In this document: piece by piece, positions 19,101 through 28,435 of the stretch
How positions within the stretch are numbered: position 1 is the first letter of the stretch
How the letters are laid out: every line of letters starts with the position of its first letter
NCBI GenBank assembly: GCA_963699285.1
Contig: OY969429.1
Coordinates: 1,018,300 to 1,082,299, forward strand
Length of the DNA stretch: 64,000 nucleotides
Source: Vulcanimicrobiota bacterium
Lineage (GTDB): Bacteria; Vulcanimicrobiota; Vulcanimicrobiia; Vulcanimicrobiales; Vulcanimicrobiaceae
Direction: 5' to 3'
The notes under the pieces: model-generated
The model's database searches: none
What the model was told of the DNA's origin: nothing
What the model saw: the letters and a program-made list of their open reading frames with translations, nothing else
Position numbers and translations under genes: made by a program

Positions 19101-20367
19101 AGCCGCCGCGCGCCTTCAGGAAGAATACAAGCGCGTCAAGAGCCAGCGCGGTAGCGGCATGCTCGAGAAGATCGCGCTCGCGCCGGCGCCGCCGGCCGTC
19201 GCGCTCGCGCCGATCGATAAAGCACGACTGCTTGCGTGGAGCGAGGGGCTGGTCGGCGTTCCGGACGGATTCACCGTCAACCGGAAGCTGGTCACGCAGT
19301 TCGATCGCCGCAAGGCGACGATCGTCGAAAAGAATCTCGTCGATTGGGGAATGGCTGAAGGCCTCGCGTTCGCGTCGCTGCTGGCGTCCGGCGTGCCGGT
19401 TCGCCTCACCGGCCAAGACACCGAACGAGGGACGTTCAGTCACCGCCATGCCGTCCTACACGACCCGTCCAGCAACGCGACGTACGTACCGCTGCAGCAC
19501 GTGGACGGAGCGCGTGCTTCGTTCGAGATTTTCAACAGCCCGCTGTCGGAATACGCGTGCGTCGGTTTTGAATACGGGTACGCCGCCGAAGTTCCGGCGG
19601 CGCTGGTTCTGTGGGAAGCCCAGTTCGGCGATTTCGTCAACGGAGCCCAGATCGTCATCGATCAGTTCATCGCCGCGGGTCAAGCGAAGTGGGGCCAGAC
19701 CTCGCGCCTGACGCTGTTGTTGCCCCACGGATACGAAGGCCAGGGACCCGAGCACTCCAGCGCGCGTTTGGAACGCTTCTTGCAACTGGCGGCCGAGGGA
19801 AACTTGCGCGTCGCCTATCCGTCAACGGCCGGTAACTACTTCCACTTGCTGCGCTTGCAGGCCGGCATGCCGAATCCGGTGCCGCTGGTCGTCATGACGC
19901 CCAAGTCGCTGCTGCGCCTCGAAATCGCCTCCGGCAATCTCGACGACATGGCGACCGGTTCGTTCAAGCCGATCGTGGACGATCCGCGTCCGCTCGACAA
20001 GAATGCGATCGAGCGCATCCTGCTATGCACGGGAAAGATCTACTACGATCTCATCGCGTCCGAACGGTACGCGGCGCTGCAGAAAACGGCGATCGTGCGC
20101 ATCGAACTGCTCTCGCCCATGCCCGGCGAAGCGATCAACGCCGTTCTCGACACGTATCCCAACGCGAAACGCCTGGTGTGGGTGCAAGAAGAGCCCAAGA
20201 ACATGGGCGCGCGGGCCTACGTCCGCCGCCGCCTGATCGAACGCATGCGGCGTCCGCTCGACATCGACTACATCGGCCGTTCGTATCGTGCGAGCCCGTC
20301 CGAAGGCTACCCGGGAGCGCACGCCGTCGAGCAAGAGCGCGTTATCGAGGCCGCGCTGAACGAGTGA
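16138..20367 (+). CDS. multifunctional 2-oxoglutarate dehydrogenase: 2 lipoyl domains + E3-binding domain + E2o-like acyltransferase core + E1o (Kgd/OdhA-like)
   Basis: 1409 aa. There are two copies of LPEMGESVTEG..TTDKVD.. (lipoyl Lys codons at ~16270 and ~16573). PSBD-like ASPQARRAARTLDLDVAAIRGSGPSGLILRSDV. E2 core ends TSTYDHRVVQGAQSG. The rest shows E1o hallmarks (GMAHRGRLNV, HGDAAF.GQG, EAQFGDF.NGAQ). Confidence 0.85.
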   Translation: MADTMVTVTLPEMGESVTEGSIVEWRKHVGDSVAEGDPLVEVTTDKVDVEVPATATGVIAHILADEGATVAVGAVIAQIDTSAVLASGNGAAAKAVPPNGAVEPHPVAVVLPEMGESVTEGTVVEFRKKPGDRVREGETIVEITTDKVDVEVPAPADGVVTKILVKEGDVVAVGAQLAEIDAAAGATAPAQTTPRPAPSSVPATAPARTGGEESLASPQARRAARTLDLDVAAIRGSGPSGLILRSDVLAQASTAKRRAPAAAPQANVAPIPAGARVTQLKGPAATLAAYMEQSLTIPTATSFRTLGVDVLDARRAELNAAIKAAGRPEKISFTHLIAYALVRAAEEMPAIAASFRRDENGAPQRIEAGVHLGLAVDTERKDGTRFLVVPVIKGAGALDFAHFRAAYEELVGKARDNKLTADDLQGATLTLTNPGGLGTVASVPRLTAGGAIVATGAIGYPPGFASADAQALRSLGVSKVMQVTSTYDHRVVQGAQSGEYLRRVDELLQGRAEFYEQVFTSLGLEAAPSPQLDGAAAAPVSRPAAAAFAAPADEILRAVGAGMALVSAYRTHGHLAANLDPLGSHAPSDSKLDPATYGLTPALQSAIPASVLDVKVGGKTLADVLPKLRDIYSSTIAYEVEHISNTEQRRWLREYIETGKHNVSLSRERQIDVLQRLTRVEAFERYLRKAFLGQKTFSVEGLDVMIPMLEEVLRMLIADGTPNAVIGMAHRGRLNVIAHVVNAPYGEILEEFEAAHRRGETGGDDDVTGDVKYHHGATGVYSAPNGKSIAVTLAHNPSHLEAVDPVVEGQTRALQTDRARSVPSVDARKAAPILIHGDAAFTGQGIISEVFNLQSLPGYATGGTLHLIANNQVGFTTDVRDSRSTRYASDLAKGFDVPIVHVNADDVEACIAAVHLAVDFRRRFDRDVLIDLVGYRRSGHNEQDEPAYTQPLMYDKIKAHPTARELFANKLVAQGVVTADQANAMVEQAAARLQEEYKRVKSQRGSGMLEKIALAPAPPAVALAPIDKARLLAWSEGLVGVPDGFTVNRKLVTQFDRRKATIVEKNLVDWGMAEGLAFASLLASGVPVRLTGQDTERGTFSHRHAVLHDPSSNATYVPLQHVDGARASFEIFNSPLSEYACVGFEYGYAAEVPAALVLWEAQFGDFVNGAQIVIDQFIAAGQAKWGQTSRLTLLLPHGYEGQGPEHSSARLERFLQLAAEGNLRVAYPSTAGNYFHLLRLQAGMPNPVPLVVMTPKSLLRLEIASGNLDDMATGSFKPIVDDPRPLDKNAIERILLCTGKIYYDLIASERYAALQKTAIVRIELLSPMPGEAINAVLDTYPNAKRLVWVQEEPKNMGARAYVRRRLIERMRRPLDIDYIGRSYRASPSEGYPGAHAVEQERVIEAALNE

Positions 20368-20409
20368 CCTCGCTCGCGGGGATTATCGCGGCATCTCGCG
20401 GGGACGCCC

Positions 20410-21270
20410 ATGGCCGATAGCACGCACGTTCCCGCGGACGAAGGATGCGATCGCCGCCGGTACGGCTGGCCCGCCACCCTCGCGTTCGGACTGGCGATGA
20501 ACGGGCTCGCGCAAGTGCTCGGACCGGTGTCCGCAGCGAAGTCCGAATACGCGCGCAGCACGCGGCCTCCGTTCGCACCGCCGAGTTGGCTATTCGGCGT
20601 TGCGTGGCCGATCAACAACCTCTTGACCCTGTGGGCCAATCGCGAAGTTCTCAACGCACCGCCGTCGCCCGACCGCACGGCCTACTTGCAGTTGCAGTTC
20701 GCGACCTGGGTGCTGTTCGCAACCTACGGACTCGCGCGTTTCCGGCTCAGGAGCCCGATCTTAGGTTATGCGAACACCGTGATGTTCTTGGCGCTAGCCG
20801 TACCATCGGCGGTCCGAGCGGCGCGCATCGACCGCAAGCTGCTCGCCGCCTACGCGACGCTCGGGCCGTGGCTGGTTCTCGCGACGGTGCTCTCGGTCTA
20901 CCAGCTGAGGAGATCCCGACCCGCTTTTCGGCGGCCGAAACGAAGCCGCTTAGATCTCGATAGGATCGACGCGCATGCGCGCGAGCAGATCGACGGGCGT
21001 AGTTGCCTCGACGAAAAGGGCGCGCGTGCGGTCGGCTACGAAGCCCTGGTTCTTCATCTCATCGAAGAGTTCGAGCAGCCGGTCGTAATAGCCGATGGCG
21101 TTGAGCAAACCGATCGGTTTCTCGTGCAGCCCGAGCTGCTTCCAAGTCAGGATCTCGCAAAACTCGTCCATCGTTCCGAAGCCGCCCGGCAGGGCGATGA
21201 ATCCGACGCTGAGCTCGGCCATCATGGCTTTGCGCTGGTGCATGCTCGAAACGACGTGGAGCGCGGATAG
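20410..21270 (+). CDS. TspO/MBR (tryptophan-rich sensory protein) family membrane protein; 3' end doubtful
   Basis: The first ~170 aa are TspO-like (five TM segments; PPFAPPSWLFGVAWPINN). The ORF then runs 320 nt into the convergent LOG gene, so the true stop is probably near 20900-20965. Confidence 0.55.
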   Translation: MADSTHVPADEGCDRRRYGWPATLAFGLAMNGLAQVLGPVSAAKSEYARSTRPPFAPPSWLFGVAWPINNLLTLWANREVLNAPPSPDRTAYLQLQFATWVLFATYGLARFRLRSPILGYANTVMFLALAVPSAVRAARIDRKLLAAYATLGPWLVLATVLSVYQLRRSRPAFRRPKRSRLDLDRIDAHAREQIDGRSCLDEKGARAVGYEALVLHLIEEFEQPVVIADGVEQTDRFLVQPELLPSQDLAKLVHRSEAARQGDESDAELGHHGFALVHARNDVERG

Positions 21271-21504
21271 GCCCGAATGCGCGACCTCCGTCACGGCCAG
21301 CGATTCGGGAATGACGCCGATAACCTCGCCGCCTGCGTCCAACGCCGCATCCGCTATGACGCCCATCAACCCGATTCGCCCGCCGCCGTATACCAGCCCA
21401 TAGCCGGCGTTCACGATCGCCGCCGCCATATCTCGCGCGACCTGCGCGTAGTCGGGGTCGTGCCCGGTTTGGGCTCCGCAAAAGACGCAAAGTCGCCGGA
21501 TCAT
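20950..21504 (-). CDS. LOG family protein (TIGR00730 / cytokinin riboside 5'-monophosphate phosphoribohydrolase-like)
   Basis: Internal ATG 21504 of ORF 20950..22125 (MIRRLCVFCGA..). Motifs GGGRIGLMG and PGGFGTMDE. Confidence 0.85.
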   Translation of the reverse strand: MIRRLCVFCGAQTGHDPDYAQVARDMAAAIVNAGYGLVYGGGRIGLMGVIADAALDAGGEVIGVIPESLAVTEVAHSGLSALHVVSSMHQRKAMMAELSVGFIALPGGFGTMDEFCEILTWKQLGLHEKPIGLLNAIGYYDRLLELFDEMKNQGFVADRTRALFVEATTPVDLLARMRVDPIEI

Positions 21505-21591
21505 GTCGCCATCGCGTTTATCCCGGCGGTTGCAAAACGCCTTTGCAACGCAAGCGGCGATTTCGCGACGGCGTTGAACAAGCGCCGGACG

Positions 21592-21939
21592 ATGATGGGG
21601 CCGGGAGACGATCGCGAGCTGGTCTATTCCAGCGACGCGGGCTGGACCGATACCGGAAAAGGGGACGCCGCACCGCGCGCTTCGGCGGGGAAAGCGCGCG
21701 CACTTCCGGACGACGGCATCGTGCGCGTGTTGCGCGAGCGCCGGCGCGGCGGAATCGTGAGCGTCGTTACGGGACTGCGCGCCGACGAATTCGAGCAGAC
21801 CGCCAAATCGCTGAGGCGCCTGTGCGGCGCGGGGGGCACGGCCAAAGGCGGGGGCGTTGAGATTCAAGGCGACCATCGCGACAAGATCGTCGCCTGGTTC
21901 GCCGAGCGCGGGCGCAAGGCAAAACGTGCGGGTGGTTAG
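21592..21939 (+). CDS. yciH: SUI1/YciH translation initiation factor-like protein
   Basis: C-terminal part of ORF 21277..21939 starting at ATG 21592. ..LVYSSDAG.., DGIVRVLRERRRGGIVSVVTGL, CGAGGTAKGGGVEIQGDHRDKIV. Confidence 0.75.
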   Translation: MMGPGDDRELVYSSDAGWTDTGKGDAAPRASAGKARALPDDGIVRVLRERRRGGIVSVVTGLRADEFEQTAKSLRRLCGAGGTAKGGGVEIQGDHRDKIVAWFAERGRKAKRAGG

Positions 21940-23230
21940 CGCCCCGATTCCCGGCTTCTCGACTTGGACCACGATGCGCCGGCTGATGCCGACGCCGTTT
22001 CTCAAACTTCCGGATTTCCTACGGGAAGGCGCGGAGCGATACGGGACGCTGGTTTCGTTTGCGACATGGTGGCGGCGCTTCGTGCTGGTCAACGACCCGG
22101 CGTACGTCAGGGACGTCCTCGTCACGCATCAGCACGCGTTTCGCAAATCCATCGGCACCGCGTCGTTGGGTCTGCTGCTGGGCGACGGCCTGCTTACGAG
22201 CGAAGAACCGCTGCATCGGACGATGCGGCGGATCGTGCAGCCGGCCTTTCATCGCGAACGCATCGCATCGTACGTGGAAACGATGAACGAGTTTGCCGGA
22301 GCGTTCGTGGACCGGATCGAGCCGGGCGTCCCGTTCGATCTACATGCCGCCGCGACCGAATTGACCCTTCGTATCGCCAGTACGACGCTATTCGGCATGG
22401 ACGCCGGCGACGACGCGCGCGACGTCTCGGCTGCGATGCACGACCTGATGGACATCTTTCCGTACGTTGCGGGGCCGATCGGCGAACTGCGCCGGAAATT
22501 CGGCATGGCCAAGAACGCGCGCTTCGACCGCGCGCGCGCCACGCTCGACCGGATCGTTTACCGCATCATTGCGGAGCGCCGTAAGAGCCCGTCCGATCGC
22601 GGCGACGTCCTGTCGATGCTGCTCGCCGCGAGCGACGCGGAGACCGGCGAGCCGCTGACGGACGAACAAGTTCGTGACGAGGCCCTAACGCTGTTCGTTG
22701 CCGGTCACGAAACGACGGCAACGGCACTGGTGTGGACGTTCTACTTACTTGCGCGCCACGCGGACGTCGACGCCCGGCTGGCGACTGCCGTCCGCGATGG
22801 CGATGCCGAGTTCGTGCGCCGCGTCTTCCAGGAGAGCATGCGGCTCTATCCGCCGGCTTGGATTTTCGCGCGCGAGGCGATGCGCGACGTCACGCTTTCG
22901 GACGGACGCACGATCGCGCGCGGGACGACGGTCTTCATCGCGCCCCTCGTACTGCATCACACGCAGGCGCTCTATCCCCAACCCGAACGATTCGATCCCG
23001 ATCGCTGGCTTGACGGCGCACGGCGCGATCCGTTTGCGTACGTTCCGTTCGGCGGCGGCGCGCGACGGTGCATCGGGGAAGAGTTTGCGTGGGCCGAAGG
23101 CGTTGCGGTCATTTCGAAGGTTGCCGGCGCCTACCGGCTCGAGCTGGTTTCCGATCGGGAAATCGTACCGGCCGCGATGGTGACGTTGCGCCCGCGCGGG
23201 CCCGTTATGGTGCGCGCGTTGCGGCGTTAG
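21926..23230 (+). CDS. cytochrome P450
   Basis: I-helix FVAGHETT, ExxR (ESMR), heme loop [14 protein letters not shown]. The start is uncertain (GTG 21926/21932 or ATG 21974). Confidence 0.85.
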   Translation: MRVVSAPIPGFSTWTTMRRLMPTPFLKLPDFLREGAERYGTLVSFATWWRRFVLVNDPAYVRDVLVTHQHAFRKSIGTASLGLLLGDGLLTSEEPLHRTMRRIVQPAFHRERIASYVETMNEFAGAFVDRIEPGVPFDLHAAATELTLRIASTTLFGMDAGDDARDVSAAMHDLMDIFPYVAGPIGELRRKFGMAKNARFDRARATLDRIVYRIIAERRKSPSDRGDVLSMLLAASDAETGEPLTDEQVRDEALTLFVAGHETTATALVWTFYLLARHADVDARLATAVRDGDAEFVRRVFQESMRLYPPAWIFAREAMRDVTLSDGRTIARGTTVFIAPLVLHHTQALYPQPERFDPDRWLDGARRDPFAYVPFGGGARRCIGEEFAWAEGVAVISKVAGAYRLELVSDREIVPAAMVTLRPRGPVMVRALRR

Positions 23231-23504
23231 GCCCGGAGTCGACCGGGCAGAAGCGAACTTCGTGCGGCTGCGCGGCTTGTTCGGCAAAGCCCTTGATCCA
23301 GCACCGTTGCGTTAGCGAACAATAGCAGATCGAAATGTCGAGGTGCGGGGCGGCGGCAACGACGCGCTCGACGAAAGGCGCGCCTTCGGCCATGAGAAGT
23401 TGAATCGAACGCCCCGCCGGAATGACGTCGCCGGCTGCGATCGTCGAATTCAGGTTACTCGAGCTTAGTGGGATGCGGCGCGTGCCTTTGCGACAGCACG
23501 GCAT
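23205..23504 (-). CDS. hypothetical Cys-containing protein fragment (possibly the 3' part of the 23455..23802 gene)
   Basis: ORF with GC3-rich codons (..GDVIPAGRSIQLLMAEGAPFVERV..ISICYCSLTQRCW..). No recognised family. It overlaps the upstream ORF by 50 nt in another frame. Confidence 0.3.
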   Translation of the reverse strand: MPCCRKGTRRIPLSSSNLNSTIAAGDVIPAGRSIQLLMAEGAPFVERVVAAAPHLDISICYCSLTQRCWIKGFAEQAAQPHEVRFCPVDSGPNAATRAP

Positions 23505-23802
23505 CGTGCATGAGAGGCGCTACCGCGGCGTCGACCGATGCGACCGGCTTTCCGTCCACGGTGACTACCGCCGAGCGTATCAGCGCGGGACCGAGCCCGT
23601 CGTTTCGAAGGTCCGCTTCCACGAACGACGCCTGCGCGGGGTCGCGCGACACGACGAAGCTCAGATACGGCCAGACGGCCGAGTCGTACTGCTGCCGGAT
23701 AACGTACGACTGATAGACCGACGCCCCAGATGCGATCGCCGCGATCGCGACCGCACAGATCGTGATGAAGAGGTCGATCCGGAGGCGCCCGTCCTCGCCC
23801 AT
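23455..23802 (-). CDS. hypothetical single-pass membrane protein
   Basis: ATG 23802 lies 2 nt downstream of the kamA TAG stop (23805-23807). TM segment LFITICAVAIAAIASGASVY. It is the tail of listed ORF 23455..25179. Confidence 0.45.
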   Translation of the reverse strand: MGEDGRLRIDLFITICAVAIAAIASGASVYQSYVIRQQYDSAVWPYLSFVVSRDPAQASFVEADLRNDGLGPALIRSAVVTVDGKPVASVDAAVAPLMHDAVLSQRHAPHPTKLE

Positions 23803-23804
23803 TC

Positions 23805-25179
<1,375 letters not shown>

Positions 25180-25203
25180 GATCTCTCTCCGTCGGATGGG
25201 GAG

Positions 25204-26268
25204 TTAGTGTTTGGTCGCTGCATAGGTTGCGTGGAAGTGCTTGTGGATCTCCGGATGGTCGCGCAGCGTTTGCAACGCGGTGTCGGCGTGCCCCTTGGCA
25301 TATCCGTTACCGACGATCATGGTGACGTCTTTGCCCACGCCCTCGGCGCCCAGCGCGGCGGCCGTGAACGACGTGGACATCGAAAAGAAGTAAACGATAC
25401 CGTCGTCCTTCGTTGCTAGAATCGAACCGAGCTCGGTGCCGGGAACGTTCACGCAGTTGATCGTGATGTCGGCCAGGCCGGGGGCGGCCTCGCAGACTTT
25501 TTCGTAGACGTCGAGCGCGTCGCGCGCGTCGGCGACGATCAGCCGGTCCACGTAGCCGAGTTCGCGAATGAGCCGGGCCGCGACGGTGCCGTCGTTGGGA
25601 ACGATGCCGACGACCGTGCCGCCGGGGCCGACGCGTCCCTTGGCTTGCGCGCACGACAGCATGCCGCTCTTGCCGTCGGCGCCGATGACGACCACCGTCT
25701 GCCCGGTCTTGCAGAGCCGCCGGACCTGAGCCGGCGCGCCCGCGACGTCGAGGACCGCCAGCGCGACGCTTTCGTCGATGTCGGCGGGCAACTTGGCCCA
25801 GAGGCCGCTGGCGAAAAGGATCGCTTTGCCGACGATCCAGACGCGCCCGGTCGCGACGTCGACGCGTTCGATCGTTTCGACGTGCAGGGGCGTTAGCGAG
25901 AGCGAAACGAGCGATGCGATGCGGTCGCCCGCCTCCAAATCGATCTTTCCGCGTAGCGCGGTGCCGATTTCCGCCACGCGGCCGATGAACATGCCGCCGC
26001 TGCCGGTCACCGGATTGTGCTGCTTGCCGCGTTCGCGAACGATGGCGCGGATGTGCTCGGAGATCTTGGCCGCGTCGCCGCCGCATTCGTCCGAAATCTG
26101 CTTGAACGAGGCGGAGTCGATGTTCAACGTCTCGACTTCGCACAGAATCTCGTTCTCGCGCGCGACCGGCGTGTTGTCGATTTTCCACGCGCTCTGCGGC
26201 GTCGAGCCGGGCGGGTGGATGACGCGATGCGTTCCGAAAGGGTGGCTCTGCCTGGTTGCGGTGCTCAT
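25204..26268 (-). CDS. kdd: L-erythro-3,5-diaminohexanoate dehydrogenase-like protein
   Basis: Internal ATG 26268 (MSTATRQSHPFGTHRVIHPPG..NEILCEVETLNIDSASFKQI..), Rossmann VVVIGADGKSG. The ATG overlaps the lrp stop (ATGA). Assignment is from remembered Kdd N-terminal similarity. Confidence 0.7.
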   Translation of the reverse strand: MSTATRQSHPFGTHRVIHPPGSTPQSAWKIDNTPVARENEILCEVETLNIDSASFKQISDECGGDAAKISEHIRAIVRERGKQHNPVTGSGGMFIGRVAEIGTALRGKIDLEAGDRIASLVSLSLTPLHVETIERVDVATGRVWIVGKAILFASGLWAKLPADIDESVALAVLDVAGAPAQVRRLCKTGQTVVVIGADGKSGMLSCAQAKGRVGPGGTVVGIVPNDGTVAARLIRELGYVDRLIVADARDALDVYEKVCEAAPGLADITINCVNVPGTELGSILATKDDGIVYFFSMSTSFTAAALGAEGVGKDVTMIVGNGYAKGHADTALQTLRDHPEIHKHFHATYAATKH

Positions 26269-26735
26269 GACGTTACGGCGATGCCTCCGCGCTCGAACGG
26301 GGTCGAAAGCACGATCGTCGTCTTCGTGCGCGCCATCCCGGGCAGCGACTTCAGCCGGCCGAGTAATTCGTCGAGATGCTGGGTGGAGCGCGTCATTACT
26401 TTGCAGACGAACGTTTCTTCGCCCGCCACCGAATGGACTTCGCACACCTCCGGCAGACCGGCGAGCGCGGCCACGAAAGAATCGTAATTACAATCGGGCG
26501 CCGTAAAGCAACTGATGAACGCGACTAGTTCGAGTCCGAGCCGTTTGCCGTCGAGCAAAGCCGAGTAGCCGCGAATGAGTCCGCGCTGTTCGAGCCGCTT
26601 GACGCGGTCGTGGACCGCGGGGGCCTTGAGTCCGACCAGAGAACCGAGCTCGGCAAACGTCGAGCGCGCGTTGCTCTGGAGCGCGTCGAGCAGTTGGAGG
26701 TCGAGGTCGTCAAGGTCGTCGGTTGCTATTACCAT
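26265..26735 (-). CDS. Lrp/AsnC family transcriptional regulator
   Basis: 156 aa. wHTH LDLQLLDALQSNARSTFAELGSLVGLKAPAVHDRVKRLEQRGLI followed by an RAM/ACT-like C-terminal domain. Confidence 0.9.
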   Translation of the reverse strand: MVIATDDLDDLDLQLLDALQSNARSTFAELGSLVGLKAPAVHDRVKRLEQRGLIRGYSALLDGKRLGLELVAFISCFTAPDCNYDSFVAALAGLPEVCEVHSVAGEETFVCKVMTRSTQHLDELLGRLKSLPGMARTKTTIVLSTPFERGGIAVTS

Positions 26736-26827
26736 TATTCGCCAAAATTAAGATTTCACCGAGGTATTGTTCGGCAGACTGACTATACCACCACTGATTC
26801 GTTCGGCGCAAGTGGGCAAGGGCTAAC

Positions 26828-28435
26828 TTGAGCCCTAGGTGGTCGCGGACGGCGGCCGGGCTGGTCCTGGCCTTGGGCGTTCTCGGCGGTTGCGGGCATC
26901 CGCCCCCGGCCCCCAACACGCTGCGCTTCGACGTAGCCGCCGACCCTACGACGCTCAACCCGTTGTTTCTCCATCCCGATGCGTCGTCGGTGGAGTTGCA
27001 GCTGGCCAGGCTCCTGTTCGAGCCCTTCGTCGATCTGGACGCCCGCGGCCGGCCGCAGCCGGCGCTGCTCGCCCGGATACCGAGCGTCGCGAACGGCGAC
27101 CTCTCGGCCGATGGCCGGACGATCGTCTTTCGTCTCCGTCCCGGCGTGCGCTGGAGCGACGGAACGCCCGTTAGCAGCGACGACGTGCTGTTCACTTTGC
27201 ACGCGATCCTCGATCCCGACAATCCGGTGCGATCGCATGCCGGCTACGACCTCATCGACCGGGCCGTCGCCGGTGACGCGCGCACGGTCGTCTTTCACTT
27301 AAGACGGGCGTGGGCGCCGGCGGCCGTCACGTATTTTTCTTACGGAGCCGTCCCGCAGTTCGTGCTTCCGGCGCACGTGCTACGGCACGAAGCACCCCTC
27401 GAGCGTGCCGCTTTTAACGCCGCGCCCGACGTGGGCGACGGTCCGTACCGGTTCGCGTGGTGGCACCGCGGTGACGGCTTGCGTTTCGTGGCGAACGCGC
27501 GCTACTGGCGCGGTGCGCCGAGGATTGGCGCGCTCGACGTTCGCATCGTGCCCGACCCTTCCACGAATCTGTTGATGCTGCGATCCGGCGCATTGGATTG
27601 GAATCTCATCGCGCCGGTGCAGCGCGCGTCGCTGCAGGCCCAGCCGGATCTGCAGTTCATCTCGGTCCCGACCGCCGTCGTCGCAGGACTTGCTCTCAAC
27701 GCGGCGCGCGGTCCGCTTGCGGACGTTCGCGTGCGCCGCGCGCTCGCCATGAGCGTCGATCGCGCTGCAATCTCGTCGAAGATCACGCTGGGAGCCTATC
27801 CGGTGACCAACGTGATTCAGCCGCAATTTTCGTGGGCGTACGATCCGGCGATCCGTCAACCGGCGTTCGACCCGAAGGCCGCCGACGCGCTGCTCGACGC
27901 GGCGGGATGGACGCGCGGGCCGGACGGCACGCGCCGCAAGAACGGCATGCCGCTGCGCTTGGTGTACGTTGCGTTCCCCGAGTCCATGACGGGCGTGCGC
28001 GTGGCCGCGTTCGTTCAACGCGAACTCACCGACCGCGGAATCGAGGCCACGATCAAAAGCGTGAGCAACGCGCAGCTATTCCTCCCGCGCACGGGCGTGC
28101 TGGCAGCGGGCAATTTCGATCTGGCCTACGTCCCATGGACGATGGGCGCCGATCCCGACGACTCCGCGATCCTCGCGTGCGGCGGCTCCGAGAATTACAT
28201 GCGCTGGTGCGATCCGGCAGTGGACGCGCTCGAGCGTCGAGCCCTGGCCTCTACCTCGCAGGCCGAACGCAGGACTCTTTACGGCCGTATCGGCCGCATC
28301 GCCGCGCGCGACGTCCCGGTCATGTACCTCTTCAACGCCGACTACGTCTACGCGTACGGGCGGCGCTTAGACGGTTTCTCGCCCAACGCATTTCTCCCGA
28401 CCTGGAACGCGGGCGTCTGGTCGCTTCGCCGTTAA
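26828..28435 (+). CDS. ABC transporter substrate-binding lipoprotein, peptide/nickel (family 5)
   Basis: 535 aa. Lipobox LGVLGGC. Family-5 pattern ..DPTTLNP...VRWSDGTPVSSDDVLFT.. TTG start. Confidence 0.8.
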   Translation: MSPRWSRTAAGLVLALGVLGGCGHPPPAPNTLRFDVAADPTTLNPLFLHPDASSVELQLARLLFEPFVDLDARGRPQPALLARIPSVANGDLSADGRTIVFRLRPGVRWSDGTPVSSDDVLFTLHAILDPDNPVRSHAGYDLIDRAVAGDARTVVFHLRRAWAPAAVTYFSYGAVPQFVLPAHVLRHEAPLERAAFNAAPDVGDGPYRFAWWHRGDGLRFVANARYWRGAPRIGALDVRIVPDPSTNLLMLRSGALDWNLIAPVQRASLQAQPDLQFISVPTAVVAGLALNAARGPLADVRVRRALAMSVDRAAISSKITLGAYPVTNVIQPQFSWAYDPAIRQPAFDPKAADALLDAAGWTRGPDGTRRKNGMPLRLVYVAFPESMTGVRVAAFVQRELTDRGIEATIKSVSNAQLFLPRTGVLAAGNFDLAYVPWTMGADPDDSAILACGGSENYMRWCDPAVDALERRALASTSQAERRTLYGRIGRIAARDVPVMYLFNADYVYAYGRRLDGFSPNAFLPTWNAGVWSLRR

